A DNA stretch of 39,230 nt from Basidiobolus meristosporus CBS 931.73 (GCA_002104905.1 MCFE01000753.1:1-39230), one strand, 5' to 3'; counted from the stretch's first letter, positions 1 through 13,273 are shown. Program-made: numbers and translations. The notes: generated by a model not told the origin, from the letters alone.

Positions 1-1625
1 ACATTCAGAGCAATCAATATCCCAGGTAGAGAAAGCAGTATTGTTGCTGCAAAGAAGGAACTCAAGTGGCTCAATGTCACAACCAAGAATTAAGCCATAT
101 CCCAATGTAAAAGCAGAGGAACACCATACAGTCTTTGAAGCACAACAACAGTGTCCAAAGATAAAGTCCACAGAAAAACCTATCACAGCGTGGGAGGGAG
201 GCAATGTGGAGTTTACACCAAAGCCGAAAAATTAAAAGACATTGAAGATCCATGAAGCCTTAGAGTGCACTAATGTATAGTGGGCTAATATTTAAGAGCC
301 CATCAGAAGTCTAGCACACCATCACCTTATGGCCAGCATACCATTGGACCATCAGGAACTCAAGGCCAAGCAGAATGCACTTGACCTCTTCCATGAGCAC
401 AATCCTGGATTCAAACAGACAAACAGTTTTTGGGCCAGCATTGACATGCTAAGAAAGTATCTTAAGAGTAGCAGAAACTATCAAAGGCAGAAGAACAAGG
501 GTGCCATGGCTAAAGAGCAGTGGATTCCTCAAGAACCAATTACAAGTAGGGCAAAAAGCTCCAGACAAGTGTTGATGAGACATCAGGTAGCTGGAAGAGT
601 GCCAGTTAGGGACATGCAGGCAGACATGGATGCACCAGCACAATATTTATCAAGAAAAAAGTGCAGTACCACTCAAGAAGCACCCAGGCAAAGTAGCAAT
701 GAAGGACCGGGCAGTGATAAAAACCAGCCACTTTTACAGGAGCCTGTTGCAACCACTGTTGAGAGCTCAAAACAAGAGGAAAAGAAACATCAGGTTGCCA
801 GAAGAGTGCTAGCAAGAGACAAGCAGGCCAAAACAGATGCATTGGAGCAGAATTTATCCAGGAGAAAGTGAAGTTCTTTACAAGAAGCACTCTGACAAAG
901 TATCAGTTAAAGACTCAGCAGTGATAAAGGAAAAGGTAAAGGGAAAAATGTCTACTTAAGCCTGAGACAGGGAGGCATGCAAAAAAAACTGCAATTCTTG
1001 CCAATTAACGCAGCAAGCCAGGAACAGACTGAATCCCATCATAGCCAAGAAGAATAACCAATAAAAAAACAGCTGCTTTCACAAGAGTTGGAAGCATGGC
1101 AGTCAAGCTACACTTCAGCAAGGAAGATGGGTTTGCTACAAAGGCAACTTGTCTATCACAGCCTCCACATCCTCCATTGTTGACAGAGTGGAGATCCCCG
1201 TAACATATAAGACTACAATGTCAAGAGTTCAAAAGACTACCACAATGCCTTCAGTGGCATTTTGGAACATTAATAAGCACACCAAGAGGTTGCAGCACTT
1301 CTTCAAGAGCAGTGTGCAAGAAAACACACAGGAATATTGCAAGGATTTATTGCAAAGACTGGCAGATGAGGAGCTGGACCTTGCAGTGCCGGCTGAAGAC
1401 CAGGATGTGTGGGAGTCAGTGAATGAACAGCGGCATAAAGCTGTTGGCTTCCTACTAAAGTCATGGAACCAGAGCATTACAGCAGAAATACTTATTCAGT
1501 GGTGGATTTTAACGGAGTTACTTGTTGAGTATGGGGTTGGGCTTGATGTTAGTGTAGGGTATAGGGACATGCATAGGTCAATACAATTGGCAATCAAGGT
1601 ACAACTGAAGTTTCAACTGAAATAA
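1..1625 (+). pseudogene. ORF2 (accessory protein) of CACTA-like copy A, broken by stops and frameshifts
   Basis: ORFs 41..235, 329..871 and 1149..1625 align in order with the minus-strand ORFs 36326..37330 and 35747..36286 (e.g. HYPGF/HNPGF, LRKYLK, EDQDVWE). Confidence 0.85.
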
Positions 1626-1930
1626 ATCAAATTTTACGCATGAAAAGTAAGAGAAATGGTTGAGTCAGGAAGTAAGGAGTGTGAAAAAGAGGCAATAGCC
1701 AATATATGCACACAAATGTAAGAGGCAATAGAGTGTCCAGAATCCAAAAGTGAGCAAATTGGCAGGGAACCAGTCAAATGCCTCTTGTACATTGTTGTGA
1801 TGAAAAATTTTGACTGTTTTTTGTGAAACCTGGGGTGCAATTATTTTTCAATGGTCTCTGGATGGTGTCCTGATGGGATCAGTACCTCTTAGTCATGGGA
1901 CTTTAACTTTGTGATGGCCTTTTGACAGGA

Positions 1931-1954
1931 TCATCTCAATAACTTTTTGTAGGG
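1931..1954 (-). repeat. Terminal sequence (putative TIR) of copy A, reading CCCTACAAAAAGTTATTGAGATGA on the minus strand
   Basis: Homology with copy G stops exactly here, and transposase-coding sequence begins at 1955. The partner TIR is not in the window. Confidence 0.65.
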
Positions 1955-2826
1955 TGTACATGATATAAATGGACAACCCTCATGCAGCTGGCAACAAATG
2001 ACCCAGACACTGTCCTGATTCCAGCATGTGCAAACAACTGCATGGCATTCACATCAGAAAAAGCCACCATTGCAAGGTGCATAACTTGTCAAGTACCCAC
2101 CACCATTGGGCAAAGCATTGTTCATACTCCAGGGATATTTGGGTAATACCCCATCCAAAGAAGCTCATGCAGTCCAACAAGTATTGTGCAGCTATAAAGT
2201 ACTGCACTCAGTATCATTCAAGCACATACATATCCAATATATTTGATGGCAAACCTTACAAACAGATGAGAAGCAAGGGCTGCTTTGAAGGTATGTGTGA
2301 CCATGCCTCTACCTTGGCAATTGATGGATTCTCATTAAACAAGTACTCTACCAGCAAATCCTACTGGCCACCAATTCTAATCAACCCAAATCTGCTGCCT
2401 ATCCCATGGTCTCAAAGCAGAAACTTGATGGCAGTCTCACTGGTATCCGGGTGTAAATTGCCATTCAACCTGGATAGCTACCTCAATCCATGGCTGGATG
2501 AATTTTGCATGCTTTCCAGCAGGATAACAATAAATGGCTTCTGTGTCAAACTTCATATCATTATTGTCATTGGAGATACTCTAGTTACCAGCAAGATAGC
2601 CAGCTTTTCTGGGTACCATAGACAGTATTGCTGTGGAATGTTTAGGATCTAGGGTGCCTACTCCATAACTCAGAAACATTATTATTTCCCCAACACCAAT
2701 ACAAAGTACATCATCACTCTGCAGCAAGAATGAACAGAAGTCAGTATGCAATTGCAGCAAAGTTGGCAAGCAATGTGCCATTGACCAGAATATGGAATCA
2801 GTTGGAAACTGGAGATACTTAAGCTA
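1955..2826 (+). pseudogene. Tnp2-family (Transposase_21-like) CACTA transposase fragment, copy B
   Basis: Translations show VLIPACANNCMAF, CxxC, NIFDGKPY, LAIDGF, YWP, NL, NLDSYLNP, IVIGD and YGI. Colinear with 38630-39230. Confidence 0.85.
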
Positions 2827-2899
2827 GGGGGTATCTGTTAGAGCAAAAGCTTTCTAGTGGTAGAAATGCATTTGCTTTTGAACAATATTGCTATACTGA

Positions 2900-3269
2900 T
2901 GACCAAGTTGTACATGGAGCATCTCAAGCTAAATAGAGGAGTTTAGCTAGTGTTGTATTTTCTAAAACCTATACTGATTTCTATGGGGATTCCAGCAGCT
3001 CCTTATATACACTGTGCCAGATACAATGCTGGCAAATTGTGTTTCCTTGTGCAGGTTGTGGCTGATGACTTATTTCATTGCATCATCATCCCCTAATTAG
3101 ATCTTAATTAGTATATTTATTTCTTTCTGATAAGGATCTGCTGCTTTATCTGCTGACTAATACTATTGATTCACTAGTTAGCAGTGATATACTGATAGGC
3201 CAATCACAAAACTAATTGATATGACTAAATACTAATCCAACTTAAATATTCATGTGGTAGATTATAACA
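2900..3269 (-). repeat. Diverged LTR of the gypsy family (solo or remnant)
   Basis: The reverse complement starts TGTTATAATCTACCAC and shares ATTAGTCAGCA, GCAGATCCTTATCAG, GTCATCAGCC, TATATAAGGAGCTGCTGG and TAGCTAAACTCC with LTR 16061-16429. No TSD seen. Confidence 0.8.
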
Positions 3270-5410
3270 CACTGGTATATCTATTTCTGTCAGCTAGTAC
3301 CTTACCAGCACTCTTCCAGCTACCTGATATTTATTGCATTTTGTATTTTGCCTTCAGCCCTACTTATAATGGGCTCCAAGGAAAGCTGCAGGTTTTAACA
3401 ACTATCAGGTCCTTTACCTCTATTTTGACTATGTGCTTCTTGAATGGAACTATACATTTGGCTTGATAAGTGCTGCTCCAATACATCTGTTTCTGCCTGC
3501 TTATCCATTACAAGCACGCTTCCAGCTACCTCTTATTTCTTTGTTGCTTCTTTGGGGCAATAGGCTCTGCTTGTAACAGGCTCCTGAGGAAATTGCTGGC
3601 TTTAGCCATGGAACCCTTCTTCTTCTGCCTTGGATGGTATCTGATATTCTTGAGATAAAGTCTTGGCATTCCAATGCTGGCCAAATATGCATTTGATTGT
3701 TTGAATCCAGGATAATCCTCATGGGATAGATTAAGGACATTTTGACTGGCCTTGAAGCCCTGATAGTCACATAGCATGCTGGACTTAAGGTGAAGGCATG
3801 CTGAGTTTCTAACATCCTCTTATATACTATCCCACTGCTCTTCATTGCACACAACAGCTCCACTGATCTGCACTATCTTGAGGTATTTAGTATATGTATT
3901 TATGCTACTATCTATCCCTCCCATGCTGTGACAGGTTCATCTTTGGGCACTGTTGTTGCGCTTCAAAGACTTTGCAGTGTACCTCTGCTGCTACAATGTG
4001 AAATGGCTAAATTTTTGGCTCTGACATTCAGTTACCTGAGCTCCTTCTTTGCAGCAACAAGACTGAGCTCACTACCTGCAAAGTTTATTACTCTACACTT
4101 ATTTTCTGCCCATCTTGTCACTGTACAGCTTCTGGATTTGTGTGGGCCATTATATCCATCCTATTAGCCATTGCACCAAATTGCCTTACTGATACATTGG
4201 TATGAGCTGACAACATACTAATTTACACTGAAAGTGGTGATGTCATGATGGACATTTGCTAATCTTCCACCAGAGGTACTGCATCTGCTATATTCTCATT
4301 GGCTTGAGCATTATGGTCAGCTTGCATTTCCACAGAGACTTGCAATAGCCTGATCATCTGAGAGCCTGAGCAGCCAGCATTATTGCCTAAAGTGGCCACA
4401 CTCTCAACATAATCTATTGTGGATGTAGCCCTGCCAATTGCACTGAATGTCAATACAAGATGCTGTCAAACCACTCTTCTGCTGATCTAAGTGTTGGGGT
4501 TTGGATGGGAACCAGAAGACTTTGCTTTAGTCATTGGTGGCATATATATGGAAGTGAGTCAGACCAAAAGGGGGATAGTGCTACCTATGTATGTGTATGT
4601 GGGGCCACAGCTTTATATATAATGCTAGCTATGGTAGGTCATCATTGAAGTATACATTAAGGTATGTGTAATGTCCAAATACAAGACAGTATTCAATCCA
4701 TGCAGGTATTGACATAGAGCAATATAATACCGTTACACTGCTGAGTGTCAAGCTGTTTGCCCCATGCACAAGACAACTTTGACTCAACACTGTTGAGAAG
4801 AGAAAGCAGAACATGTGTGTAGTAACAGGCATCTTAGCCATGAAGTGTGCAGACAGCATAGGATGTACTTTGATGATCATAGCAATAATTTTGCCACACA
4901 GATCCTATTTGAGCAGTCATCAGGCACTCATTACCAACACTATCTGGCTAACCACTTGTTGATTCTATAAAGGCACCTAACTGCACTTGTCACCTGGTGC
5001 AAACTGAATATGTGAGTTTGTGATGCCTTTTGGCTCACCTCTGCCTTCCAAAAGTGGTCTGCAGAGTGATGGCTCAGAAGAAGAAGGCTCATTGATGGGT
5101 TGAGAACCTATCTCACCTCACAATATCACCCTGATAGAACCTAGCAAAATCCAGCTTTGCAAAGATATACCACCTAGAGAAAATATGACAAGGATACTTT
5201 ATGAAACCAAACAAGCCAAGTGATTCATTTACTAATAGTGAAATGGTGTGGAGGCTAGAGAAGTGGGGTGTTGCCACCAATATCCCTAATGGGGGCGTTG
5301 AGGATTTACTGCTACTTTGTGCCAAAATCACTCCAGGATGCAAATTCATATTTACCAGATACAAATGGATAACAATCCTACAACAGATAATATATGACCC
5401 AGAGACCAAA
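3270..5410. mobile_element. CACTA-like copy C (ORF2 on minus, transposase 5' part on plus), truncated at both ends
   Basis: 3270-4540 matches 36440-37816 with a gap, and 4540-5410 matches 37817-38690. Conserved blocks include GGCATATATATGGAAGTGAGTC and GTGAGTTTGTGATGCCT. Confidence 0.8.
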
Positions 5411-5419
5411 GCCATGTCT

Positions 5420-6989
5420 AATTTGATTAGGATAGCTTAGCCCTGGTAACTGTACATAGTCTGCCACTGCTCCAAATGGACATCCAGATTGCTTTTATAA
5501 ATGGGGATCTTCAAGATACTATATATAAGGAGCAACCAGAAGGTTTTACCAACCACAAAATCTTTGTAAAGTATGGAATCTTAGTAAATTGCTCTATGGG
5601 ATTGAACAGGTACTTAGAGCATGGTATCAGAAGATTGATACATATCTAGAGAGGATTGGGTTCATTTTTAGTACTGCAGATCAGAGTATGTATGAGAAAC
5701 TGCTCAAAATGGGTGCTATTGTCCTAGTTCTTGATGTGAACAACAGAAATGTAGCTTTATGTGGCCAGGAGGCACTTGCAGAAAATTGTGCTGAGTCAGT
5801 CTAAGTATATCAGGGACACTCTCAGACACTTCTGAGTGAAAAATTGCATGCCTGCTGCAACCCTTATGGTCATCAACCTAAAATTGGGCAGGTCTCAGCC
5901 AGTTGTAGGTTAAAACAGCTCAATTGTGAACCAAAACTTTCCCTGTCAAACAACTGTGGGTAGCCTGGTATACTTGATGGTATCTGGATGTCCCGATATT
6001 GCAGTGGCAGTTGCAATAGTCAGTTAATTTATGCAGAGTTATGGATCTGATCAAATTAGAGCAGTTAAGCAAATCCACAAATATCTGCAAGTCACTATTA
6101 ATATGGTTTTAGAATACCCTGGAGCAACTAATAGACCCATACTGAATGGATATAGTGATTTGGATTAAGTAGGAATTTGATTGAAAGTCACTTTACCACT
6201 GGGTATGTATGTCTGTTTGCTGGTGCAGCTATCACCTGGAATTTTTGGAAACAACCAACCATGTCACTCACCACAATTGAGGCAGAAAATATGGCTGCTT
6301 ATAAAGCAACTACAGAGGCCATATGGTTACAACAAGTACTCAAAGACTTAGGGTTTAATTCAGATTGACCAACATGTATTTACTAGGATAATCAAAGTTG
6401 TATCTCATTAGCTAGGAAGTACATTTATCATGGCAGAACTAAGCACTTAGATATACAACACCACTTTGTGAGGAAAGTTGTAACAATAACTTAGTAGAGG
6501 TAGTTTACTGCCTAACAGACTAATTGGGAGCAGACATACTGACAAAACCACTGGCTATGCCACATTCTGAGAACTTCAGAGAAAAGTTAGGTCCATGAGA
6601 TCATTTAGTTAAGGGGGAGTATTGAAATATTGGACTATTTAGTATCATTCAGCAGCTAAAAACCTACCTAGCAACTCTGGATTAATCTTAGCTACTCTGG
6701 AACTCATTTGTAGCCCTGAATTTGCCACTATGTATCACATTTATGACCTTATGATTATTCCTCTACAGTCAGGATAAAATAAGCACATTTACCAAATATC
6801 ATGTATAAACCCTGAAACTGTTGCTGCGTGGTCCTCAATGTTGAGAAACTCTTGTTACTTAGTGTCACAGTTGTATTACTCCTATGAAGGTATAAATACT
6901 GAGCTTCTTTAAGAATCAACTATTTTCCAACTATTATCACTACCTCTTGATAAGCTCCTTATATCCAAGTCTCTTCTTAAATTGCAACA
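5420..6989 (+). mobile_element. Ty1/copia relic 1 (RT, RNase H and 3' LTR; family I)
   Basis: Motifs MDIQIAFINGDL..IY.EQPEGF, LYG..Q..RAWY.KID, KQP..SLTTIEAE and HLDIQHHF. PPT AAGGGGGAG at 6611-6619. Confidence 0.88.
6620..6989 (+). repeat. 3' LTR of copia relic 1
   Basis: Begins TATTGAAATATTGGA (TG decayed to TA) right after the PPT and ends TTGCAACA. Homologous to the reverse complement of 9106-9474, including an identical 26-mer CTTGATAAGCTCCTTATATCCAAGTC. Confidence 0.8.
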
Positions 6990-7579
6990 GTTCTTTTGTA
7001 GAGCCAGCTGGTCACACTGGCTGCTTAGGTCTACTCGTAGAAATGCCAAATACATAAGACTATCAAACTACCAGGAAAGTCTTGACAAAAGACTGCTTGA
7101 ACATTGTTACACCTTGTGCAGCAGATATTGTAATACAAAACAATCTGTTTCAGACAGGTAGTTCAAACAGTTCAATAGTGAGCAGAAAAAGCCCGCATTT
7201 TAAAGTGCTGCAGCCATGCAGGATATGCTATTCTTATCTGCTGTCAATACAACCTTAAATAAGAGTTTTCAGACAGAGCATACTCACATTAGAGCAGCTC
7301 AGCAACTCACATATTACAGTGAACTTTTTACCAAATATCTGTGGCCCCAATGAAAAATATTGTTATTGGATTCAACTGAACATTTGAAGCTGTTGCAAAG
7401 TGCACTGTACAGGTAAGCCTCAGAATTGAAAAGGAAAGTAACCAATCTATCTTCAGAGAATAACAGCAGCAAACTAGAAATTGATAAGACCTAGCATCAG
7501 TAAGCAAGGCCACAGCAGAAGGACTCAGCCATACAATAGAGTAGGTTTTGCAGGCTGATCTTATCCAGATATATGCAGA

Positions 7580-9100
7580 CCTCTGTGGGCATAAAATAGC
7601 TAGTATAACATTTAAATGTTGGTCCTGTATTATGTGACCATATTAATCCACCAGATTGGTGTTTTCTTTTGCACCTCCCTGGTGACATTTGTATATTCCC
7701 ATGTAGGCCTGCCAGTGTTGACTTGCTTTGCAACCACTACCATGGATGTTCCATATAGAGTTTCAACCAAAAAAACATGTTTCCCCTGCTCACCAACCTC
7801 TACAATCATACAAGCTCACTGCAGTTGACACCCATCTATTATTTCAGCATTTTGGCTTCTCAGTGTGATACTCACAGAGCTGCCGTATATCTCACTTTGC
7901 TGGTGACCTATACATCTTGCAAATATATGCTCTGTTGTGACCACTTTTACCATCTGCACTTCTGGAATAGCCTAACAAGACTGCCAACTAATTAGCTGAA
8001 ATTTCTTCTCCCTGCTGGATTTTAATCCCTCTGATAGGTGTGCTCTAGTTCTTCAATGTGTGAGCTCCATACCAAAAGGCTCAGAAGGTGGCTTTTACCA
8101 AGGGGGATATTCAAGAATCTTAGGTAATGTCTCATTGATCAAAGTTAGCTGCCTGTTCTATCCAACCAATCCTGCCTTACCTGACTGATTACCCACACAC
8201 TGGGGCTACTTGGCATATGAAGGCCCTAGGCATAGGTATTTCTGCATTACACATTTGTGCTTTCCAGCTCTTTGTGGCAGTCCTTCATATGATGGAACTT
8301 CTCATCCTTAACAAACATGAAGGTAATATTGTTGATGAGATTGGGATATGGCCACTCCTGCAGCCAAATATGTCTCCATACCACTCCACATATCTGCTCC
8401 ATAGAGAACTCCCAAAAGGTGAAGAAAGGTCTTATGTGCCCAACTCACCAATCAACAGGAAGTAGAGAATGAATACAATGGCAATAGAGATCTATATACT
8501 CAGCTATGTACTGCTTTTTGGTGTGCATTGCTGTTGCAAACACCTTGCATAAATGTCATGAATGAACTAATTTGGTATTGGTGATCTGCTTCTGGGTATG
8601 TATCCCCACAATGTCCACATATAACTCCCATTGTTTTCAGAGTACTCTGTGTAGAGATTACTTCAGAAGCATACTTTAGTAAATGTGTATTCAGCTTATC
8701 CAGTCCTTGTATGTGTATTGTTGCTGAAGCATATGAGCGTTAATTGGAGCCTGCAGGAAGTACTTTGGGTACCAGACACTTTGTGATATCTTGCCAATTA
8801 AATCAAGCTTCTTGAGCATTTCAAAGGGCTCATTAAACCTGAAATGCCACATGTATAACTTGAATATTTGTGCAGGGATATTACTGAAGAGCAAATACAT
8901 TGCCCTCAATAGAGGCTTTATTCCAGTACATCACTCAGCTTTAAATATCTCTGGCTTGTAGCTAATTCTTTACTCTAGCCACTGCATAGTAATATGCACC
9001 TTAACCTGTTGGTGCTATACTTGTATGCTGCCAGGTAGCTTTAAAAACTCATTGAGCAGTAGATACTTGAAGCTATCCAGCCTGAGCAATGACTGAGGTT
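7580..9100 (-). pseudogene. C-terminal half of a CACTA/Tnp2-type transposase (DUF4218-like region)
   Basis: Minus-strand translation gives AMYLLFSNIP..IFKLY (D-MH-LLF-N motif), PKYFLQAPIN..YKDW and HIRPFFTFWEFSMEQICGVV...PYPNLINNI (GP..W.F.MER.CG..PY.NL motif). Confidence 0.65.
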
Positions 9101-9105
9101 CAGAC

Positions 9106-9474
9106 TGTTGCAATTTAAGAAGTGACTTGGATATAAGGAGCTTATCAAGATATAGCAATAATAGTTGAACTGTTGTTTATTGATAAATAGGGTCAGTATT
9201 TATACCTTTGTAGAAGTAATACAGCTGCAATACTGAGTAAGGAGGGTTTCTTAACATTCAGGAGCATTCTGTAACAGTTTTAGGGTGGTACATAATGTTT
9301 GATAACAAGTGTTGATTTGATCTTTACTATAGGGGCATAGTTATAGGATTGCAGATTTGAAGAAACCGGCAAAGTTGGTGCTGCAATTAAGTCCTACAGT
9401 AACCAACACAAGTCTAGAGTTGCTAAGTAAACTATCAGCTGCTGAATGATACCAAATACTCCAATATTTCAGCA
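9106..9474 (-). repeat. 3' LTR of copia relic 2 (369 bp)
   Basis: The minus strand reads TGCTGAAATATTGG...TTGCAACA and is preceded by the PPT GAGGGGGAG (plus 9475-9483). Confidence 0.85.
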
Positions 9475-9499
9475 CTCCCCCTCAACTAAATATTTTCCT

Positions 9500-12430
9500 A
9501 ATCCTAATTCCCCTCTGAGTTTCTCAAATGGTGGTATAGCTACTGATTATGTCAATATATCTGCCACTATTTGTCAATTAGACAGTAAGCTAACTCTACT
9601 AAGTTATTTCTACAGCTTCTGTCACTAAGTGGTGTTGTTTATCTGTGTGCTTAGATCTGGCATGATTAGTAGGATTTCTAGCTAATGCAATAAAACTTTA
9701 ATTATCTTTGTAAATACCTGTTGGTTCATCTGAGCTAAAGCCTAAGTCTTTGAATAATTTCCATAGCCATATAGCCTCCTTAGTTGCTTGGCAAGCAGCC
9801 ATATATTCAGCTTCAGTGGTAGATTGTGCCACAGCTGGTTATTTCTTGTAATTTCCAGTAATAGCTGCACCAGCATAAAGGAATACATACCAAGTGGTAG
9901 AGTGTCTGTCAATTGGACCACTACCCCAATCTGAGTCACTATATGCATCATATTTCTGCCTATTAGCTGCTCCAGAGTATCCCAGTACTCTAATTATGGT
10001 ACCTTGTAGATATCCAAAAGTCAACTTAACTGCTGTAACTTAATCTGATTCATAATTCAGCATGAATTGACTGACTATTCCATCTGCCACTGCAATATTG
10101 CAATGTGTAGACACGCTCAAGTACATTAAGCTACCAACCATTGTTTGATGGGGAAAGTTTTTGACAATATTTGAGTGGTTTTCCCCTGAAACTGGCTGAG
10201 ATTTGCTCAGTTTTAGATTCTTGTCCATAGGGGTAGTGGCAGCTTGTAATTTTCCATTTTGAAGCATCTAAGAGTGTTCCTGATGTACTTAGACTGATTC
10301 AGCACAATTTGCTGTGTAGGTATGTCAAAATTCACTTCAATTTCAAAAAAACAGCTCAGTTTTCCAAGATCTTCTATCTCCAACCTGCTGAAGAGATCTC
10401 ATCTTGTCTGTTTAAGTGCCTGCTGGTCACTTGTAGCTGTTATTAGGTTGTCCACATACAAGACTAGGATGATCACACCCTTTTTGAGTGATAGCGCACA
10501 TATACTGCAATCTGCAGATCTACAAATAAACCCAATTTCCTCTGAATATGTGTCAATCTTGTTCAACCATGCTCTAGGTGCCTGCTTAAGCCCACACAAC
10601 TATTTTCTGAGTCTGCACACCTTATGGGAGCCTTTTGGATTGACAAAACCTTCTGTTTGCTCCATATATATAGTTTCTTTCAAATCCCCATTTAGAAAGG
10701 CTGTTTTGGCATGCATATGGTTTAGATATAGACAGTGTACAGCTGCCAGGGCTAGGACTATCTTAATGGTGTTAAACTCTGCAACCGGAGCAAATATTTC
10801 TTTGATGTCTATTCCCTTGACCTGGGAATAGCCTTTAGCCACCAATCTGCTTTGACTTATCAACAGAACCATTTGAGGTATAGTAGCATCTGGACTTTGC
10901 ATTGCCTGTTCCAGATTCTGAGGTTTGGCACATAAAACAAGTTAAGCTTCTTAATGAGCTTTGGATGTCTGCCACCAGGATCCAGGGGCATTTTCTATTC
11001 TGGTAGATCTCCTAACTGGAGAAGTCTGCTCTGATCTGGAGCTGGTAGAGATATCTTGCATATCTGGCTGAATTTGGTTTGTATCTTATTCATTAGTGTT
11101 GACTGCATCATCAGGTAACTGACCGATGATTTCTGTGGCTTTCTGATCTGAATTCTCCCCAAATGCAACATCCCTGCTCTTGCTCAGCTTCTGAATATTG
11201 CCATCATACACTCTATACCCTTAAGTGCCATCACAATACCCAAGAAAGATCCCTTTTCTACTCTTAGGCTCCAGCTTTGTGCATTTTTTGTCAGGTATGT
11301 GATAAAAGACATAACTACCAAAGATCCTGAGATGCTGAAGGTCTGGTTTTCTGCCTGTATATGCTTTGAAGGCTGTAAGATCTTGCAATGCTGTTGTTAG
11401 GCATCTATTCTTGATGTGTACTGTGGTAGTAAGCCCAAAACTGGTAGTTCATTCCCTTATCATGTAGCATAGTTCTTCCCATCCCTACTATTGTTCTATT
11501 TGCACATTCTGCTACTCTATTTTGCTGCGGAGTATGTGGAACAGTGGTCTGCTGAGCAATACCTGTAGATGTGCAGTATTTTGCAAACTCCTTTGCGCAG
11601 TATTCCCCTCCATTGTCACTTCAAAGTATCTCCAACTTACACCCAGTGTGTATTTCTGCCATGTTCTTGAAGTGTAAATTTTCTCTAAAGCCTCATCCTT
11701 TGTTTTGAGGAGGTATACCCATATGTAACTTGTCTTGTCAGCAATGAACATCATAAAGTATCTTTTGGCTCTAAAGGACAGTGTTCTCATTGGCCCATAT
11801 ATGTCTGAGTGTACAATAGCCAGTATCTTGGTAGTGCTGATGCCTCCTGAGCTCCTGAAATGCTGCCTAACTTGTTGGCTATATGAACATCCCTTACAGA
11901 TGCTCAATTTGGTTGGAATCAAGTAACTTGGGCTTAAAGCAAGCTTGTTTGTAATTGATTGGCTCATTTTTTGCTCCCCAATGGGTTGTAGCCTCCTACT
12001 CCATGTCTGCCAGTTATTTTCATCAGCTTCAGCAATGTTGGCATACTTAGGTACAGCCATATTGCATTATCCCTTGTATATATTGTGATCTCTGATTCCC
12101 AAAGCAAATTTTTGTCCATATTCACTCAATATTGAGCAGTTCATCTTAGTAAAAACAAATTTTGGTTGCTGAGTCATTACTTTAGTGACTGAGAGTAGGT
12201 TCTTAGCTATTCCAGGGATGTAAAGTATGTCAGTTAGTTTTGCAGCTGTAGCCCTTGAGGTATCACTCATGTTTAGTGGTATAGATCCACTGGTGGTAGC
12301 TTCCAGTGCGGAGTTGTCTCCCAGATAAGCCTTTCTTACCAGAATAATCTTTAAGTTGCTGAACCACTTCTTTATACCACAAATATGCTATGATGCTCTA
12401 GAGTCAATATACCATTCATTACTTTAGTTA
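9500..12430 (-). pseudogene. Copia pol (protease, integrase, RT, RNase H), many stops, frameshifts and deletions
   Basis: ORF fragments 12067..12270, 11512..12060, 10600..10902, 10399..10599, 10040..10267 and 9839..10024 carry copia motifs in the expected order. Confidence 0.88.
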
Positions 12431-12689
12431 CTTGCACTCTCTTATACAGTTACAAAAACTGTTCATCAGTAGTTATGTGGTTTACCTGCTCCAATTTCTG
12501 TTTTTCATCTGCTTGTTGCTTCTTACATTCTCTTGCCCAGTGTCATGGCATCTAACAGTAGTTACAGCAACCAGGATTTCTTTGGTTTTGTTGCTTCTGC
12601 TTCTTTTCAGTGTGCCTCTCAGAAGTGAATAAAGTATTGTCTTCAATGTTCTCTGCTTTATCTTTATGTCTGAGTTTTTCATGGAGAAG

Positions 12690-13250
12690 TCATTCTTTGA
12701 CATAGTCTAAAGTCAAATTATATTCTCTGCTTACAAAACAAAGTATGAGTGGCTCATACTTGTCAGGTAGGCTGCAAAGTAGACAGAGTATCTTTTCTTC
12801 ATCATTTACACCAACATTAATACTGCAAAGTTCTTCTGCAAGTGTCTCCATTTTGGTAATGAGTTGTAGCATGTCATCATCTGGCTTCTTCCTCATGTTA
12901 AAGAACCTTTGTTTTGTATAAAGCTTACTTGATACTGATTTTGCTCTAAAGATCCACTCTAAGGATTCCCATGCTGCTTTGGCAGTATTAGAAGCATGAA
13001 GATGTCCAATGAAGGAATCTTGCACATCTCCACATATAGCATTAAAGACCTTTCTCTCCTTCTCTTGAAACTTCTCCACTTCTTCTGCTGTTCCTTTGGG
13101 CTCAGCATCTTTTCCTGTTACTATACTCCAAAGCTTTTTTCCCTCAAGGTGGATATGCGTTTTGATTCTCCAAAGTTTGTAGTTCTTCCCATCAAACCTC
13201 TCCTTTACAGGGATGATGTTTCTATTGTTCTGTTTGCTGGTAGAAGTCAT
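12690..13250 (-). CDS. gag: Copia gag N-terminal part (DUF4219 / Retrotran_gag_2-like), 186-aa open remnant
   Basis: FDGKNYKLW, LW.IVTG, AKAAWESL, L....RFFNM.K, ILCLLCSLPDKYEPL. Confidence 0.85.
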   Translation of the reverse strand: MTSTSKQNNRNIIPVKERFDGKNYKLWRIKTHIHLEGKKLWSIVTGKDAEPKGTAEEVEKFQEKERKVFNAICGDVQDSFIGHLHASNTAKAAWESLEWIFRAKSVSSKLYTKQRFFNMRKKPDDDMLQLITKMETLAEELCSINVGVNDEEKILCLLCSLPDKYEPLILCFVSREYNLTLDYVKE

Positions 13251-13273
13251 TTTGGAATAGGTTAAGGCAATCA

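Larger units (their letters stand above)
1..1954 (+). mobile_element. En/Spm-CACTA-like element, copy A (ORF2 arm and its terminus; the rest lies left of the window)
   Basis: Colinear with the reverse complement of 35416-37390. It ends in ...TCATCTCAATAACTTTTTGTAGGG at 1954, matching the terminus CCCTATGAAAAATTATTGAGATGA at 35416. Confidence 0.85.

Noticed and set aside
2827-2899. TGTTAG-starting segment as the start of another LTR
   Set aside because: It is about 70 bp long with no second copy, PBS or PPT in the window.
6991-7003. TTCTTTTGTAGAG resembling the CACTA-like terminus TTTTTGTAGGG
   Set aside because: It is short and mismatched, lacks the adjoining ATCTCAATAA and subterminal repeats, and directly follows a copia LTR.
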